A stretch of 48,978 bases of DNA from Octopus sinensis (taxonomy: Eukaryota), in NCBI RefSeq assembly GCF_006345805.1, contig NW_021834387.1, positions 1 to 48,978 of the forward strand, in the 5' to 3' direction. Below, one piece after another: positions 47,845 through 48,978 of the stretch (the stretch's first letter is position 1; each line of letters starts with the position of its first letter). Below the pieces are notes generated by a model, which made no database searches, was not told where the DNA came from, and saw only the letters and a list, made by a program, of their open reading frames with translations. A program made the position numbers and the translations under genes.

Positions 47845-47985
47845 CGTGGTGGTGGGGTGGTGGTGGTGGTGGTGGTAGTGGCGGTAGTGGTGGTGGTGGT
47901 GGTGGTAGTGGTGGTGGTGGTGGTGGTGGAAATGGTGGTGGTGGTGGTGGTGGTAGTGGTAGTGGTGGTGGTGGTGGTGGTGGAA
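47845..47985. repeat. (GGT)n tract
   Basis: Direct reading. Confidence 0.95.
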
Positions 47986-48343
47986 ATGGTGGGGAAGAAC
48001 ACAGTTTGCAAAATTGAACCTGAGATGGAAAGAAAAGTGGTGGTGATCATGGTTGAAATGCAGTGGTGTGGAGCTGAATGATAACAAGTGTAATAAGGGT
48101 AGAAAACTGTTACTTCGTCAGCAGAAGGGCGTGAAGATTGGAACAAGGGTGGACAATTTTGTGTGCTTAAGAAAATTATGTGGTTTAATCCAGTAATTCA
48201 CAACCGGGGTCCATATGGCCCTTCAGGGTTCCATATGATCCTTGGAGGTCTATGTAAGATTTTGTTGTTAAAATTTATGCGCAATAAATTGTTTATACTT
48301 CTACGATACCCAAAATATTTTACGTTTTTATACAATTCTTAAA

Positions 48344-48737
48344 TCTCTATCTCTATATATATATAAAGCTGAAGTTGTCTGTGTATGGCAGGTTTGGTAG
48401 CCTTCACTAACACTATCTCCTCCGAGACCCTGCGGCGCAAGTTGACCAAATTGAGAGTATGATAGAAGAAGGCTAGTTTTCTTCCGTAGAGAGAAAAATT
48501 CAAATCGGACCATGTTAACACCAAAAATTATTTACATCAAAAAGGTGCTTTTTTTTCTATGAAAATCCTATTTTTACGATTTTTTGACTGCTGTGTCACC
48601 ATTTTTTCGGGTTGTATTTCCACAAGAAAAATGTTCACTTAAAGAGAATAACAAGCTACATAATACAAAATTTTTACTTTCAAAAATTCCAATTCTAAAG
48701 GGTCGAACACCCGAGCAAGGCCGGGTGATACTGCAGG
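48344..48737 (+). mobile_element. Non-autonomous Helitron
   Basis: 5' TC start (tctctatatatatataaagctgaagttg), 3' hairpin cccg-agcaaggc-cggg followed about 10 nt later by a CTAG-like end (ctgcagg), then T. Confidence 0.75.
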
Positions 48738-48978
48738 TATTTAATTATAAAGATATAGCAGGATTTTTTTTAATACACATCAAATGGCTACGGAAGTCCA
48801 GTCGAGTAAAATGGGAAGCAAAGAGATCCTTAGTGAAAAGATGATCAAGAATCACTGATTTAAACTTTTTAAATTTGTCCTCCCCAATGGCGGCGAAAAG
48901 ATAAAGAAGAATTTATACGAAGATAAAGGTAGTGTGTAACTTGAGACAAATTTTGAGTTGCCATCCCCACTCCTGAAT

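Overview
Eukaryotic, repeat-saturated, AT-rich non-coding DNA, most likely intronic or intergenic. It is most likely from an octopus (inference from the tRNA-derived SINE families and the extreme TA/TATG/GATA/AAT microsatellite load). I can support no intact protein-coding gene, rRNA, true tRNA or CRISPR array, and nearly all ORF-track hits are microsatellite artefacts. The window holds about 30 copies of five tRNA-headed SINE families (my labels A-E), decayed LINE pieces (two R4/Dong-like, one L1/Tx1-like, one RTE-like), Tc1/mariner remnants and MITEs, two non-autonomous Helitrons and several long foldbacks. The main unexplained signal is a set of type I hammerhead ribozyme (HHR) folds in several unrelated microsatellite-flanked elements. 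Three have intact cores: 8954-9031 (-), 14042-14087 (+) and 32546-32588 (+). Three are degenerate: 897-948, 9375-9420 and 12268-12308. One HHR lies inside a tRNA-headed Pol III SINE on the promoter strand, one in a 552-bp terminally redundant retrozyme-like unit, and one in a 2.8-kb Penelope-like element with an inverted terminal copy. Folds were paired by eye and nothing was searched or computed.
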